DNA from: Ruminococcaceae bacterium OttesenSCG-928-D13
GTDB lineage: Bacteria > Bacillota > Clostridia > Oscillospirales > Ruminococcaceae
Assembly (NCBI GenBank): GCA_030266915.1
Contig: JAJDIZ010000001.1
Location: forward strand, 9,793-73,792
Length of the DNA stretch: 64,000 nt
Reading direction: 5' to 3'
The position numbers were made by a program, and so were the translations under genes. Numbering within the stretch: the stretch's first letter is position 1; every line of letters starts with the position of its first letter. The notes below the pieces were generated by a model. It did not search any database, had not been told where the DNA came from, and saw nothing but the letters and a program-made list of their open reading frames with translations. Shown here one piece after another: positions 9,751 through 19,577 of this stretch.

Positions 9751-10230
9751 ATGGAGCCGCAAATCACAAAACTTTTGCAGTTGGGCATCATCGTAGAGGA
9801 CGTGGAGGAGACCATTCGCCATTACGATGAGGACTACGGCATCGGCCCGTGGAAGCGTTCGACCTTTGACAAGGAGAACTTTCCCGACCTGACCATCGAC
9901 GGCAAGCCCTCCGATATGAAGGCGCTGTTCGCCTTCTGCGATGCCTTTGGCATGGAGATCGAGCTGATCCAACCGGTGACCGAAAGTGCGTACAAAACCT
10001 GGCTGGACGAGCACGGCCCCGGCCTGCACCACATCGCCGCAATCACCGAGGGCGGGTTTGACAAGGCTCTGGCCCGGCACAAGCAACTCACCGGCAAGGA
10101 CCCCTGGGTGCGCGGCCAAAGCAGCATCGGAATGGATTTTGCCTACCTGGACCTGAGCAAAGAGCTTGGTCTGTTCATCGAGCTTTACAACGAGGATCGT
10201 TCGGCGCAGCCGGGTCATCCTATCAAGTAG
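9751..10230 (+). CDS. VOC family protein (glyoxalase/bleomycin-resistance/dioxygenase fold)
   Basis: 159 aa. LQLGIIVEDVEETIRHY...GPGLHHIAAIT has the pattern of VOC/methylmalonyl-CoA-epimerase-like proteins. Confidence 0.65.
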   Translation: MEPQITKLLQLGIIVEDVEETIRHYDEDYGIGPWKRSTFDKENFPDLTIDGKPSDMKALFAFCDAFGMEIELIQPVTESAYKTWLDEHGPGLHHIAAITEGGFDKALARHKQLTGKDPWVRGQSSIGMDFAYLDLSKELGLFIELYNEDRSAQPGHPIK

Positions 10231-10439
10231 AATGCCCTGGCCGGCCTTTGCCTGCGCCGGCGCAAACGCGGGGCACAAGTGGAAAGGGTCGACAGCATGG
10301 TCTATGATGTATATCCGGCCGTCGTTTTCAGTGACCTGAGGGTGTATCTGTGCCGGCCGCAATGGGAGCATACCTAGCCCCCGCGGCGGTACGGTGAAAC
10401 ACGCAAATAATGGTTGCCAAACAACGAAAGGAAGTTACA

Positions 10440-11441
10440 ATGGCAGATAAATTCAGATGGGGCATTATAGGCCCCGGAAACATAGCGAAGGCTTTTGCCA
10501 CCGGTCTGACGGTGGTGGAGGGTGCCGAAATCGTGGCGGTGGGCGGCCGCAACATGGACAAGGTGAATGCTTTTGCCGACGAGTTTGGCCCGAATGCCAA
10601 ACGCTACAACAGCTATAAAGAGGTGGCGGAGGACCCCAGTGTGGACGCGGTGTACATCGCGGCGCTCAACCCCTTCCACTTCGAGAACATCATGCTGTGC
10701 ATCGAGAACGGCAAAGCGGTGCTGTGCGAAAAACCGATGTGCCTGAACTACAGCCAGGCCCAAAAGGCGGTGGCAGCGGCCCGCGCCAAGAAGGTGTTCC
10801 TGATGGAGGCCATCTGGAGCCGTTTTCTGCCCATCTACGACACGGTACATGAGTGGATACGGGACGGGAAGATCGGCGAGATCCGCATGGCGCAGGCCAA
10901 CCTTGGCTTCAACGCGCCCTGGAAGGACGGCGACCGCCACATCGCCCCCGAGCTGGGCGGCGGGTCCATCATGGACGTTGGGGTGTACAACCTGGCCTTC
11001 CTGCGTGATGTGATTGGGGCTGAGCCGGTTAAGGTGCAGTCCACGGCAGTGCTGGGCGCAACCGGGGTGGACTACCGCACCTGGGCGACCCTGGAATACC
11101 CCGGCGGGGTGCTGGCCTCGGCCACCACCTCGATCGACACCGACATGCCCCAGGACGGCTGGATTTACGGCTCAAAGGCCACCATCCACCTGAAAAACTA
11201 CTGGCGCACCACCTCCGCCGCGCTGATTCCGCCGTGGCACAGCAAGGAGGAACCCACGGTGGTGGAGGCCGGGTGGCTGAAGAACGGTTACGAGTACGAG
11301 GCCATGGAGGTTCAAAAGCAGGTGCGCGCGGGCAACACCGAAAGCCCCCGCATGCCGCTGGACGAGAGCCTGGCTTTTGCAAAGACGATACAGGAAATGC
11401 GTGATAACTGGGGCGTGAAGTTCCCGGGTGAGGAGGCATAA
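10440..11441 (+). CDS. Gfo/Idh/MocA family oxidoreductase
   Basis: ORF 10410..11441, with the start MADKFRWGIIGPGNIA (Rossmann GxGxxG). The EKP motif (LCEKPM) is characteristic of the family. Confidence 0.85.
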   Translation: MADKFRWGIIGPGNIAKAFATGLTVVEGAEIVAVGGRNMDKVNAFADEFGPNAKRYNSYKEVAEDPSVDAVYIAALNPFHFENIMLCIENGKAVLCEKPMCLNYSQAQKAVAAARAKKVFLMEAIWSRFLPIYDTVHEWIRDGKIGEIRMAQANLGFNAPWKDGDRHIAPELGGGSIMDVGVYNLAFLRDVIGAEPVKVQSTAVLGATGVDYRTWATLEYPGGVLASATTSIDTDMPQDGWIYGSKATIHLKNYWRTTSAALIPPWHSKEEPTVVEAGWLKNGYEYEAMEVQKQVRAGNTESPRMPLDESLAFAKTIQEMRDNWGVKFPGEEA

Positions 11442-11443
11442 AA

Positions 11444-12403
11444 ATGGCAATGGAATTTAGCAGCGAGAAATTCTCGCAGAAGAAGCTTAGCAGGTTGGTC
11501 ATCGGCTCCCTGTTCCGTTTTTACGACAAGGTGGAGGAGCATTGCGAGTTCTTTGATACCGCGTTTGAACTGGGCTACACCACCATCGACACCGCGCGCG
11601 GCTACGGCAGCGAGGACTCGATTGGCGAGTGGATGCGCCGCCGGGGCAACCGCGAAGAGGTGTTCATCATCACCAAGGCGGGCCACCCCAGCCGCAAGCG
11701 GCTGCGCATCACCCCCTACGACATTGAGGCCGACCTGCACGATTCCCTGGCCGAGCTGGGCACTGACTACATCGACCTGTTCCTGCTGCACCGCGACAAC
11801 ACCGACCTGCCGGTGAGCATGACGGTGGACCTGATGAACCGCTTCCTCAAGGAGGGCAAGATCAAGGGCTACGGCGGCAGCAACTGGACGGCAGCGCGTA
11901 TTGCCGAGGCCAATGCCTACGCCGAAAAGCAGGGCCTGGTGGGCTTTGCGGCCAGCAGCCCCAACTACAGCCTGGCCGAGCAGATTGCGGAGCCCTGGGC
12001 CCCCGGCTGTGTCACCGTCAGCGGCCCCACCGAGAAGGAGCAGCGCGACTTTTACGCCAAGACCCAGATGCCGGTTTACGCCTACTCGTCGCTGGCACGC
12101 GGGCTTTTCAGCGGGCGCATCTCCCGGGAGATGTTCGAAAAGACCCCCGAGGAGATCAACGACCAGTGCCGCGTGGCCTACTGCTGCGACGCCAACTTCA
12201 CCCGGCTGGAGCGGGCCGAGGAGCTGGCGAAGAAGTACGGTGCCAGCGTGCCGCAAATTGCCCTGGCGTTCATCCTCTGCTCCGAGTTGAACGTCTACCC
12301 CATCGTGGGCGCCATGAACCGCGAGGAGATGCAGAGCAACATCGACGCACTCTCCATCAAGCTGACCGAAGACGAGCGGAAGTATTTGGATCTGCTGGAC
12401 TAA
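11444..12403 (+). CDS. Aldo/keto reductase
   Basis: GYTTIDTARGYG...IDLFLLHRD...GYGGSNW are AKR signature regions. It starts 2 nt after the upstream stop. Confidence 0.8.
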   Translation: MAMEFSSEKFSQKKLSRLVIGSLFRFYDKVEEHCEFFDTAFELGYTTIDTARGYGSEDSIGEWMRRRGNREEVFIITKAGHPSRKRLRITPYDIEADLHDSLAELGTDYIDLFLLHRDNTDLPVSMTVDLMNRFLKEGKIKGYGGSNWTAARIAEANAYAEKQGLVGFAASSPNYSLAEQIAEPWAPGCVTVSGPTEKEQRDFYAKTQMPVYAYSSLARGLFSGRISREMFEKTPEEINDQCRVAYCCDANFTRLERAEELAKKYGASVPQIALAFILCSELNVYPIVGAMNREEMQSNIDALSIKLTEDERKYLDLLD

Positions 12404-12467
12404 TGGAACAAAGCGGGCTGCCACACCGGAGTGGGGCAGCCCGCCAATAGATATAAAGGAGAACCTC

Positions 12468-13454
12468 ATGAAATACGGTTGCAGCCTAGAGATGGTGAAC
12501 ATGCTCACCAGCAGCCTCAACTTTATCTACAAGCAGTCAAAAAGCTTTTGGGTAGATTACTTTAAGTTCATCGCCGCCGCGGGCTTCAAAGGCATCGAGC
12601 TGCCGTTCAATCCCTTTGGCGGTGACCCCATGGCCTTCGAGACGGGCCGCTGCGGCATACCGCTGTCCGCCGGCGCCATCCAGGCCAAATACGGCTCACC
12701 CGACGAATTTTTGGCCTTCCTGAACGATGTGGGCATTGAAAAAGTGGTCAGCATCCACATGAACGCCAACGACGTCCAGCTGGAGGCGAACGTGCGAGGC
12801 TATTCGCGCAAGCTGTACTTCGAGCTGCTGGAGGAGATGGGTCTGGCCGCCGTGGCACATGCCGCCTCGCTGAAGGCCGAGTGCCTTGTGGTGTCGCCCT
12901 CGCCCGAGCTGGGGTGGCTCAATAAATATGGCATTGCGGAGGACGACGTCGAGTTTGAGGATGCAACCGTGGTTGTGCTGAACACCGTTGCCAAAGCGGC
13001 GAAAGGCGCAGGCATTGCGCTGGCGCTGAAGGCCGAATACTGGAGCTTCTTCCGCGGCAAACGGCTGGCGGGCCTGCAAAACAGCGTGGCCGGCGCACTG
13101 ATGGCCCCCGACCTGGCCCACCTGCAAATTGCGGGCGACCCGGTGACCGCCGTTGTGAAAGCGCACGCGCACGAGACGGCCTGCCTGCACCTGTGCGACA
13201 CCGCCTTCAAGGACACGGTGGGCAACTATGCGCGCATCAATGCGGAAATCCCGGTGGATGGCGCGCAGAAGGTGTTCTGCGATTTGGGCGAGGGCGACGT
13301 GGACCTGCTGGGCGCCATGAAGGCCCTGAAGGATTCGGGCTATGACGGCTGGGTGATTGCCGAGCAGCGCAAGACGCCCGACGTATACCGGGGCCTTCTG
13401 AAGATGCGCTGGTTCATCGACCATGAAATAGAAAAGAAACTGGGGGAGGCGTAA
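12468..13454 (+). CDS. Sugar phosphate isomerase/epimerase family protein (xylose-isomerase-like TIM barrel)
   Basis: AAAGGAG RBS. GFKGIELPF...HLCD...GYDGWVIAEQ is the pattern of the AP_endonuc_2/xylose-isomerase-like fold. Confidence 0.7.
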   Translation: MKYGCSLEMVNMLTSSLNFIYKQSKSFWVDYFKFIAAAGFKGIELPFNPFGGDPMAFETGRCGIPLSAGAIQAKYGSPDEFLAFLNDVGIEKVVSIHMNANDVQLEANVRGYSRKLYFELLEEMGLAAVAHAASLKAECLVVSPSPELGWLNKYGIAEDDVEFEDATVVVLNTVAKAAKGAGIALALKAEYWSFFRGKRLAGLQNSVAGALMAPDLAHLQIAGDPVTAVVKAHAHETACLHLCDTAFKDTVGNYARINAEIPVDGAQKVFCDLGEGDVDLLGAMKALKDSGYDGWVIAEQRKTPDVYRGLLKMRWFIDHEIEKKLGEA

Positions 13455-13458
13455 GCAC

Positions 13459-14391
13459 ATGGGCAACCTGAAATTTAGCTACCAGACCAACATGTGGGGC
13501 CTGAAGGTGCAGTACCCCAAGTTGAGTGATTGGAACGAGTGGTACAAGGGTGATTTTTCCAACTCCGTCTACTACCTGGACTGGGACCAGATTTTGAAAT
13601 ACCATGTGGGCGCGGGGTTCACGGGCATTGAGCTGATGTTCCACATGCAGCCCTACATCGAGCAGTTTTTTGGCGAGCCGCAGGCCTTCACCGCCTTCGC
13701 GCAGGAGCGCGGCATCGAGGCCGTGACCGGCACCTTCGCCATCGCGTTCAACTCGCAGGATAAATCCCGCCGCAAAGAGGCGCTGGACGCTCTGCAGACC
13801 AACATTGACTTTACGGCAGACCTGGGCGGCCATGTCATCAACGTGATGCCCTGCGGCGGCTACTACGGCCTAGGCCCGCTCAGCAAGGAGCAGGTGACCA
13901 ACGCCGCCGAGTTCATGAACGAGTTTGGCCGCCGGTGCAACGAAAAGGGCATCACCCCCTGCGTGCACACCGAGTTTTGGGGCGCCATCAACAAGGCCGA
14001 TCTGTTCCCCTACATTGAGCAGCTGGACCAGAAATATGTGGGCTTCTGCCTCGACACCGCCCAGGTGCTGATCATGGGGTACGACCCGGTCAAATTCTAC
14101 GATGACTACCACGACTTTGTGAAGTTCTTCCACCTGAAGGACACCACCTTTGCCTACACCCCCGACGAGCTGCGCCTGTGCGCGGGGGCTGAATTCCAGG
14201 ACAACGGCGACCGCTGGTTCTGGGAGCTGGGCGCGGGCCAGGTGGACTTCAAGGGCATCTGGAAGCTGCTGAAAAAGTACGGTTATAAGGGCTGGATCGG
14301 CCTGGAGACCGACGGCACACCCGACCCGATGGCCACCATGCTGCTGAGCAAGTACTACATCAACCACGAGCTGCTCCCCATCTACGAGTGA
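13459..14391 (+). CDS. Sugar phosphate isomerase/epimerase family protein (xylose-isomerase-like TIM barrel)
   Basis: Starts 4 nt after the previous stop. GFTGIELMF...FHLKD...GYKGWIGLETD. Confidence 0.7.
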   Translation: MGNLKFSYQTNMWGLKVQYPKLSDWNEWYKGDFSNSVYYLDWDQILKYHVGAGFTGIELMFHMQPYIEQFFGEPQAFTAFAQERGIEAVTGTFAIAFNSQDKSRRKEALDALQTNIDFTADLGGHVINVMPCGGYYGLGPLSKEQVTNAAEFMNEFGRRCNEKGITPCVHTEFWGAINKADLFPYIEQLDQKYVGFCLDTAQVLIMGYDPVKFYDDYHDFVKFFHLKDTTFAYTPDELRLCAGAEFQDNGDRWFWELGAGQVDFKGIWKLLKKYGYKGWIGLETDGTPDPMATMLLSKYYINHELLPIYE

Positions 14392-14480
14392 ACCACGAGC
14401 GGCGCTGAGACAGGTAAAAACAGGTGGCCCGGGCGCCGCCTGGCAGGATAGCATTCAAAAATTGAAGGAGGCAGAAGAGA

Positions 14481-15473
14481 ATGGCACGACTGGTAACACT
14501 GATGACCGCGCAATGGGCGGACCTGACCATTGACGAGCTGGGCGCGAAGGCCAAGCAGATGGGCTATGACGGGCTGGAGCTGGCCTGCTGGGGCAACCAG
14601 TTCAACCCCAAGCAGGGCGCCGAGGATCCCGCCTACTGCCAGCAGGTGAAGGACACCCTGGCCAAGCACGGGCTGGTATGCAAGGCGCTGGCTGCGCATA
14701 TCATCGGCCAGTGCGTGGGCGACTATGACGACCCGCGCCTGGACAACTTCGCCCCCCCGCAGTACGCGGGCAAGAAGGACGAGATTCGCGCCTGGGCCAT
14801 CCAGGAGATGAAGTACGTCATCAAAGCCGCCAAGAACATGGGCATCACGGTGGTGACGGGCTTTGTAGGCTCGCCCATCTGGAAGTATCTCTATTCCTTC
14901 CCGCAGACCACCGAGGAAATGGTGAACGCCGGCTTTGACGAGATTTATCGGCTGTGGGCCCCGCTGATGGACGAGTGCCGCGCGGCCGGCGTGAAATTCG
15001 CGCTGGAGGTGCACCCGGGCGAGATTGCGTTCGACTACTACAGCACCCAGCGCCTGCTGGAGTGCTTCAAGGACTATCCCGAGTTCGGCCTGAATTTCGA
15101 CCCCAGCCACCTGATCTGGCAGGGCATCAAGCCCGAGCTGTTCCTGCGCGATTTTGCCAGCCGTGTGTACCACGTGCACATGAAGGACGCGGCGGTCACC
15201 CTGGACGGCCGCAGCGGCCTGCTGGGCAGCCACATCGATTTTGGCGATTGGCGTCGCGGCTGGAACTTCCGCTCCCTGGGCCACGGCGATGTGAACTTCG
15301 AGGAGATCATCCGCGCGCTGAACGACATGGGCTACGACGGCCCGCTGAGTGTGGAGTGGGAGGACAGCGGCATGGAGCGCGAGTTCGGCGGCGCCGAAGC
15401 AGCGGCGTTCGTGCGCAGTGTGGACTTTGCCCCCTCCGACATCAAATTCGACGATGCGATCGCCTCGAAATAA
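14481..15473 (+). CDS. Sugar phosphate isomerase/epimerase family protein (xylose-isomerase-like TIM barrel)
   Basis: GAAGGAGG RBS. GYDGLELAC...ALEVHPGE...HVHMKD...GYDGPLSVEWED. Confidence 0.75.
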   Translation: MARLVTLMTAQWADLTIDELGAKAKQMGYDGLELACWGNQFNPKQGAEDPAYCQQVKDTLAKHGLVCKALAAHIIGQCVGDYDDPRLDNFAPPQYAGKKDEIRAWAIQEMKYVIKAAKNMGITVVTGFVGSPIWKYLYSFPQTTEEMVNAGFDEIYRLWAPLMDECRAAGVKFALEVHPGEIAFDYYSTQRLLECFKDYPEFGLNFDPSHLIWQGIKPELFLRDFASRVYHVHMKDAAVTLDGRSGLLGSHIDFGDWRRGWNFRSLGHGDVNFEEIIRALNDMGYDGPLSVEWEDSGMEREFGGAEAAAFVRSVDFAPSDIKFDDAIASK

Positions 15474-15489
15474 GGAAGGAGACGGTATC

Positions 15490-16647
15490 ATGGAGAGAAC
15501 AAGACTGCGCTACGGCATGGTGGGCGGCGGCTTGAACGCCTTCATTGGCGGCGTGCACCGTCAGGCCATCAGCTTTGAGGGCACGGCCGACCTGGTGGCC
15601 GGGTGTTTCAGCTCCGACGCGGCCGCCAACAAGGAATGCGGTGCGTTTTACCGCATGGCGGACGACCGCGTCTACGCCAGCTTCGACGAGATGGCTAAAG
15701 CCGAGGGTGCCCGGGAGGATAAAATCGATTTTGTCACGGTGGTGACCCCCAACATCCTGCACTACGCTGCGGCCAAGGCCTTTTTGGAGCAGGGCATCCA
15801 TGTGTTCTGCGAAAAGCCCCTCTGCTTCGAGGTGGACGAGGCCAAGGAACTGAAAAAGCTGGCCGAGGAGAAGGGTCTGCTGTTTGGCGTGGGCTACAGC
15901 TACAGCGGCAACGTGATGGTGAAACAGGCGCGGGAGCTGGTTCAAAAGGGCGTCATTGGCGAGGTGATCAACGTAAACGCCGAGTACCTGCAGGAGTGGC
16001 TCATCGATGACATCGGCGCGGGCGACCAGACGATGAACAAGCTGAGCGTGTGGCGCAAGGACCCGAAGGTGGCCGGCATCTCCAACTGCGTGGGCGACAT
16101 TGGCACCCACATCGAGAACACGGTATCCTACATCACCGGGCTGCGGGTGAAGAGGCTGGCGGCCATGCTGGACTACTACGGCCAGCCACTGGACCTGAAC
16201 GCCAACATTCTGGTGGAGTTCGACAATGGCAGCCACGGCGTTTTCGCCTCGTCACAGGTGTGTGTGGGCCACATGAACGGCCTTGTGGTGCGCATCTTTG
16301 GCACCAAGGGCGCCATCGAGTGGGTTCAGGAGAACCCGAACATCCTGTATGTGACGCTGAAGGGCCAGCCGATGCAGATATACAACCGCGGCATGGCCTA
16401 TGTGGAGGATTACCCCGCAAGCCTCAGCCGCATTCCGTCGGGGCATCCCGAGGGGCTGTATGTGGCGTTTGCCAACATGTACCATGCGTTCATCAACGCG
16501 GTGCTGAACAAGGTCAACGGCAAGCCGCTGGGCAAAGAGGAACTGGATTTCCCCACCGTGGACGACGGGGTGGCCGGCGTGGAGTTTATCCAGGCGGCCG
16601 TGAAGAGCGCCCGCAACGGCGCCACCTGGGTTGACGTGGAAAGCTGA
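15490..16647 (+). CDS. Gfo/Idh/MocA family oxidoreductase
   Basis: The track ORF 15349..16647 overlaps the previous gene. The ATG at 15490 (MERTRLRYGMVGGG) follows AAGGAAGGAG. It has the CEKPL motif. Confidence 0.85.
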   Translation: MERTRLRYGMVGGGLNAFIGGVHRQAISFEGTADLVAGCFSSDAAANKECGAFYRMADDRVYASFDEMAKAEGAREDKIDFVTVVTPNILHYAAAKAFLEQGIHVFCEKPLCFEVDEAKELKKLAEEKGLLFGVGYSYSGNVMVKQARELVQKGVIGEVINVNAEYLQEWLIDDIGAGDQTMNKLSVWRKDPKVAGISNCVGDIGTHIENTVSYITGLRVKRLAAMLDYYGQPLDLNANILVEFDNGSHGVFASSQVCVGHMNGLVVRIFGTKGAIEWVQENPNILYVTLKGQPMQIYNRGMAYVEDYPASLSRIPSGHPEGLYVAFANMYHAFINAVLNKVNGKPLGKEELDFPTVDDGVAGVEFIQAAVKSARNGATWVDVES

Positions 16648-16687
16648 GCAGACGGCAGAAACTGATTTGCGTGTAGAAGATCAGGCG

Positions 16688-16728
16688 CAAAATTGCAGGT
16701 GCTTCTCTGGGTGGCACCTGCAATTTTG
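16688..16728 (+). terminator. Rho-independent terminator
   Basis: ATTGCAGGTGC-N11-GCACCTGCAAT followed by TTT, with an A-tract upstream. Confidence 0.65.
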
Positions 16729-16754
16729 GCTATTTCTTCACACCGGAGACGAAT

Positions 16755-17129
16755 ATGAATAATAAAGAGATTGTCCGGGATTTTATCGAGAAGGTTTTTA
16801 ACAGGCATGACCTGTCGGGGCTGGAGCGTTACATGCACGACGACTATATTCAGCACAACCCCGGCATCGCCGACGGACGAGACGCCTTTAAAGACGCCTT
16901 CGAGAACGGCATGTTCAAGCGGCGCCCAAACTTCCGCCAGGAGATCAAGCACATGTATTGCGATGGAGATATCGTCGTGGTGCATTTGCTGGCAATTGCG
17001 GAAGCAGGCGTGGACGAAAACATTGTCTTTGATGTCTACCGCCTTCGGGATGGCAAGCTGGCAGAGCACTGGGATTGCATCCAGCATCTCACGCCGGCAC
17101 AGCTCCCGAATGCCCAGGGCTTTTTTTGA
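16755..17129 (+). CDS. SnoaL-like / NTF2-fold protein (ester-cyclase-like)
   Basis: 124 aa. The layout (IVRDFIEKVFN...YIQHNPG...DGKLAEHWD) is typical of SnoaL-like polyketide-cyclase-fold proteins. Confidence 0.65.
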   Translation: MNNKEIVRDFIEKVFNRHDLSGLERYMHDDYIQHNPGIADGRDAFKDAFENGMFKRRPNFRQEIKHMYCDGDIVVVHLLAIAEAGVDENIVFDVYRLRDGKLAEHWDCIQHLTPAQLPNAQGFF

Positions 17130-17210
17130 TTCCCGGAAAGCATACCGCGCGAGGGCGGCAATGAGGCGCTGCCATTGGTCGATCCAACTCATAAAATGGA
17201 GGGTAAAGCT

Positions 17211-18098
17211 ATGAAAGATAAGGTCTATACACAGATGTTTTCACTGCTGAAAACATCTCCCGACGGCTTGCTGAATGCGCTCGAGGTGGTGGCGCGCATC
17301 GGCTGGGACGGCATTGAGGCCATGGGGACCAACACAGGCGGCCTGTCCAGGAAGGATTTCAGGAAATATGTGGAGGACCTGGACCTGAAGATCATCTCCT
17401 TTCATTCGCTGCAAGGCGAGGAGGACTATGCCTTTGCCCAGGAGTTTGGCGCAAAGTTCACCGATGTGCGCCTGCCCCATGAGGCGGTGACGCGGGAGGA
17501 CATTGTGGCGGCCTGCGACAAAATGAACCAGCAGGCAAACCTTATCTCCAAATATGGCATGAAGGCTGTCATCCATAACCATGGGAATGAGTTTTTCGAG
17601 CTTACCGACGATATGGGGACCACCTGCGCCTACGACCTGATGCTGGAGAACACCGATCCGGACCTGGTTGGCTTTGAGTTTGACTTGGGCTGGGCGGCCC
17701 GCGCCGGGGTTGACGTGGTGGATTATATCAAGAAGCACGCCGGGCGGTTTCCGCTGCTCCATGTGAAGGAATGCAACAAAGCGGGGGCCAACCATGACGA
17801 AATCGACCACTTCCCGAAGTGGATAATGGAGCTGAACAGTGATAAACTGGTAGATGGCAAGGTGATAAAGGGTGCGCCCGGCTTTACCAGTGAGCAAAAA
17901 CGCCTGCTGGACGAGTCCCGCAGATGGAACGTGGCGCTGGGCGACGGAATGCTGGACTGGGCTGCGATTCGCGACGCGGCCGAAGCGCAGGGCATTGCGG
18001 CGTACATCAACGAGCGTGAGAACTACGATATCCCGGGCGGGGATAACGACCCGGTGAAGTGCAATGAGCTTGATTACAAGTTCCTGCGTGCGCTATGA
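17211..18098 (+). CDS. Sugar phosphate isomerase/epimerase family protein (xylose-isomerase-like TIM barrel)
   Basis: ORF 17175..18098, with the ATG at 17211 7 nt after GGAGGG. GWDGIEA...IHNHGNEF...LHVKE. Confidence 0.7.
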   Translation: MKDKVYTQMFSLLKTSPDGLLNALEVVARIGWDGIEAMGTNTGGLSRKDFRKYVEDLDLKIISFHSLQGEEDYAFAQEFGAKFTDVRLPHEAVTREDIVAACDKMNQQANLISKYGMKAVIHNHGNEFFELTDDMGTTCAYDLMLENTDPDLVGFEFDLGWAARAGVDVVDYIKKHAGRFPLLHVKECNKAGANHDEIDHFPKWIMELNSDKLVDGKVIKGAPGFTSEQKRLLDESRRWNVALGDGMLDWAAIRDAAEAQGIAAYINERENYDIPGGDNDPVKCNELDYKFLRAL

Positions 18099-18170
18099 TG
18101 TTGTTTGCCCCGTTACGGGCCCGTCGCCGGGTTTGGGCGGAACGAAATGGATTGTGGGAGGACTTATGAA

Positions 18171-19391
18171 ATGAGCGGAAAACGGCAGGCTTTTCCGGTT
18201 CGCTGGGTTTATTTGGGCGTGGGCGTGGCAGCCCTGCTGTTTGCCGGGATCATCTATGGGTGGTCCATCCTGAAAGCGCCGTTGGCCGACGCCTTCGGCT
18301 GGACTGCGCCGCAGCTGGCGTTGAACTTTACGCTGACAATGTGGTTCTTTTGTGTTGGAGGTTTTGTGGGGGGAATAGCCATCAAAAGGCTGGGCTCCCG
18401 GGTAATGCTGATTCTGGCAGGCGCTGTTACTTTCCTGGGCTTTTTTCTCATCTCCCGGCTCAACGGCTCCATCATGATGCTCTACATTGGCTACGGCGTT
18501 TTGGCCGGCACCGGCATTGGCATAGCCTATAACGTCATCATTTCCACCGTCAGCGCCTGGTTTCCCGATAAGAAGGGGACCTGCTCCGGGACGCTGATGA
18601 TGGGCTTTGGGGCCTCGGCTTTGGTGGTGGGCAACCTTGCCTCCGCCCTGATCGATGGCCCCGGCTGGAGAACGGCTTATCTGACGTTGGGCGCCTGCCT
18701 TGGGATCATTTTGGTGATAGCCGGCCTTGTTCTCAGGCGGCCGAGTGACGGAACAATACTTCCCGAAGCCCCAAAAAAGGAAATTGCCGCCGGTGGGGAA
18801 GACTTTGAGGCCAGAGACTATACCACCGGCGAGATGATGCGCCGTTTCACCTTCTGGCGGGCGTTCCTCTGCATTGTATGCCTGTCCGCCGTAGGTAACA
18901 CGGTCATTTCCTTTGCCCGCGATCTTGCCCTGTCGGTAGGCGCCTCGGCAGCCTTGGCCACTACCCTGGTTGGCGTTCTATCCATCTGCAACGGCCTGGG
19001 GCGTATCGTCACCGGCGCGCTCTTTGACAAGATGGGCAGAAAAAAAACCATGCTCATCGCCAACGTCCTGGCCATAGCGGCGGCCGCAACTACGCTGTTT
19101 GCGGTGATGATGGGATCTCTGCCCCTGTGTGTCATTGGTTTGGGCATCACCGGTTTTTCCTATGGGGCCAGCCCCACCATCTCGTCTGCGTTCACCTCGG
19201 CTTTTTATGGCGCAAAGCATTTTCCGCTCAATTTTTCGGTTATGAATTTTAACCTTGTTGCCGCTTCTTCCATGGCGACTGCCGCCAGTGGCTTGCTGGT
19301 TTCCACCGGCAGCTATGTGGGTCCGCTTGTTTTCTTGCTGGTACTGGCGGCTATTTCCCTGCTGCTGGATTTGAGCATCAAAAAACCCTAG
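18171..19391 (+). CDS. MFS transporter (oxalate/formate-antiporter-like subfamily)
   Basis: ORF 18105..19391, with the ATG at 18171 after GGGAGGA. It has 12 predicted helices and an OFA-like N-terminus (RWVYLGVGVAALLFAGIIYGWSI). Confidence 0.75.
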   Translation: MSGKRQAFPVRWVYLGVGVAALLFAGIIYGWSILKAPLADAFGWTAPQLALNFTLTMWFFCVGGFVGGIAIKRLGSRVMLILAGAVTFLGFFLISRLNGSIMMLYIGYGVLAGTGIGIAYNVIISTVSAWFPDKKGTCSGTLMMGFGASALVVGNLASALIDGPGWRTAYLTLGACLGIILVIAGLVLRRPSDGTILPEAPKKEIAAGGEDFEARDYTTGEMMRRFTFWRAFLCIVCLSAVGNTVISFARDLALSVGASAALATTLVGVLSICNGLGRIVTGALFDKMGRKKTMLIANVLAIAAAATTLFAVMMGSLPLCVIGLGITGFSYGASPTISSAFTSAFYGAKHFPLNFSVMNFNLVAASSMATAASGLLVSTGSYVGPLVFLLVLAAISLLLDLSIKKP

Positions 19392-19423
19392 TTTTTAAGG
19401 GCGAGGGATGAAGTTTCTACTCC

Positions 19424-19461
19424 GAGGGCTTGCCGTCTGTGAGAACAGACGGCAAGCCCTC
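19424..19461 (+). terminator. Perfect 17-bp stem hairpin, terminator-like but without a U-tract
   Basis: GAGGGCTTGCCGTCTGT-GAGA-ACAGACGGCAAGCCCTC, 33 nt after the MFS stop. No T-run follows it. Confidence 0.45.
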
Positions 19462-19548
19462 GTGCGTTGGCACGGGATGGCTTGGCAGGCACCCCTTTGC
19501 GAGGGCATTTTGCATGAAAATCAGGTGCAGGATTCTCACCCAGAGAAG

Positions 19549-19577
19549 TGGCCAAAGGACGGCCGAAATGGTATAAT
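19549..19577 (+). promoter_or_regulatory. Extended -10 promoter candidate
   Basis: TGgTATAAT (19569-19577) with a weak -35 TGGCCA 17 nt upstream. It precedes a ~150-nt GC-rich leader before the ATG at 19737. Confidence 0.4.

Noticed and set aside
10361-10392. Possible degenerate sixth copy of the repeat (GAGCATACCTAGCCCCCGCGGCGG)
   Set aside because: Only about 10 scattered core positions match, and there are no flanking complementary arms. This is not distinguishable from chance.
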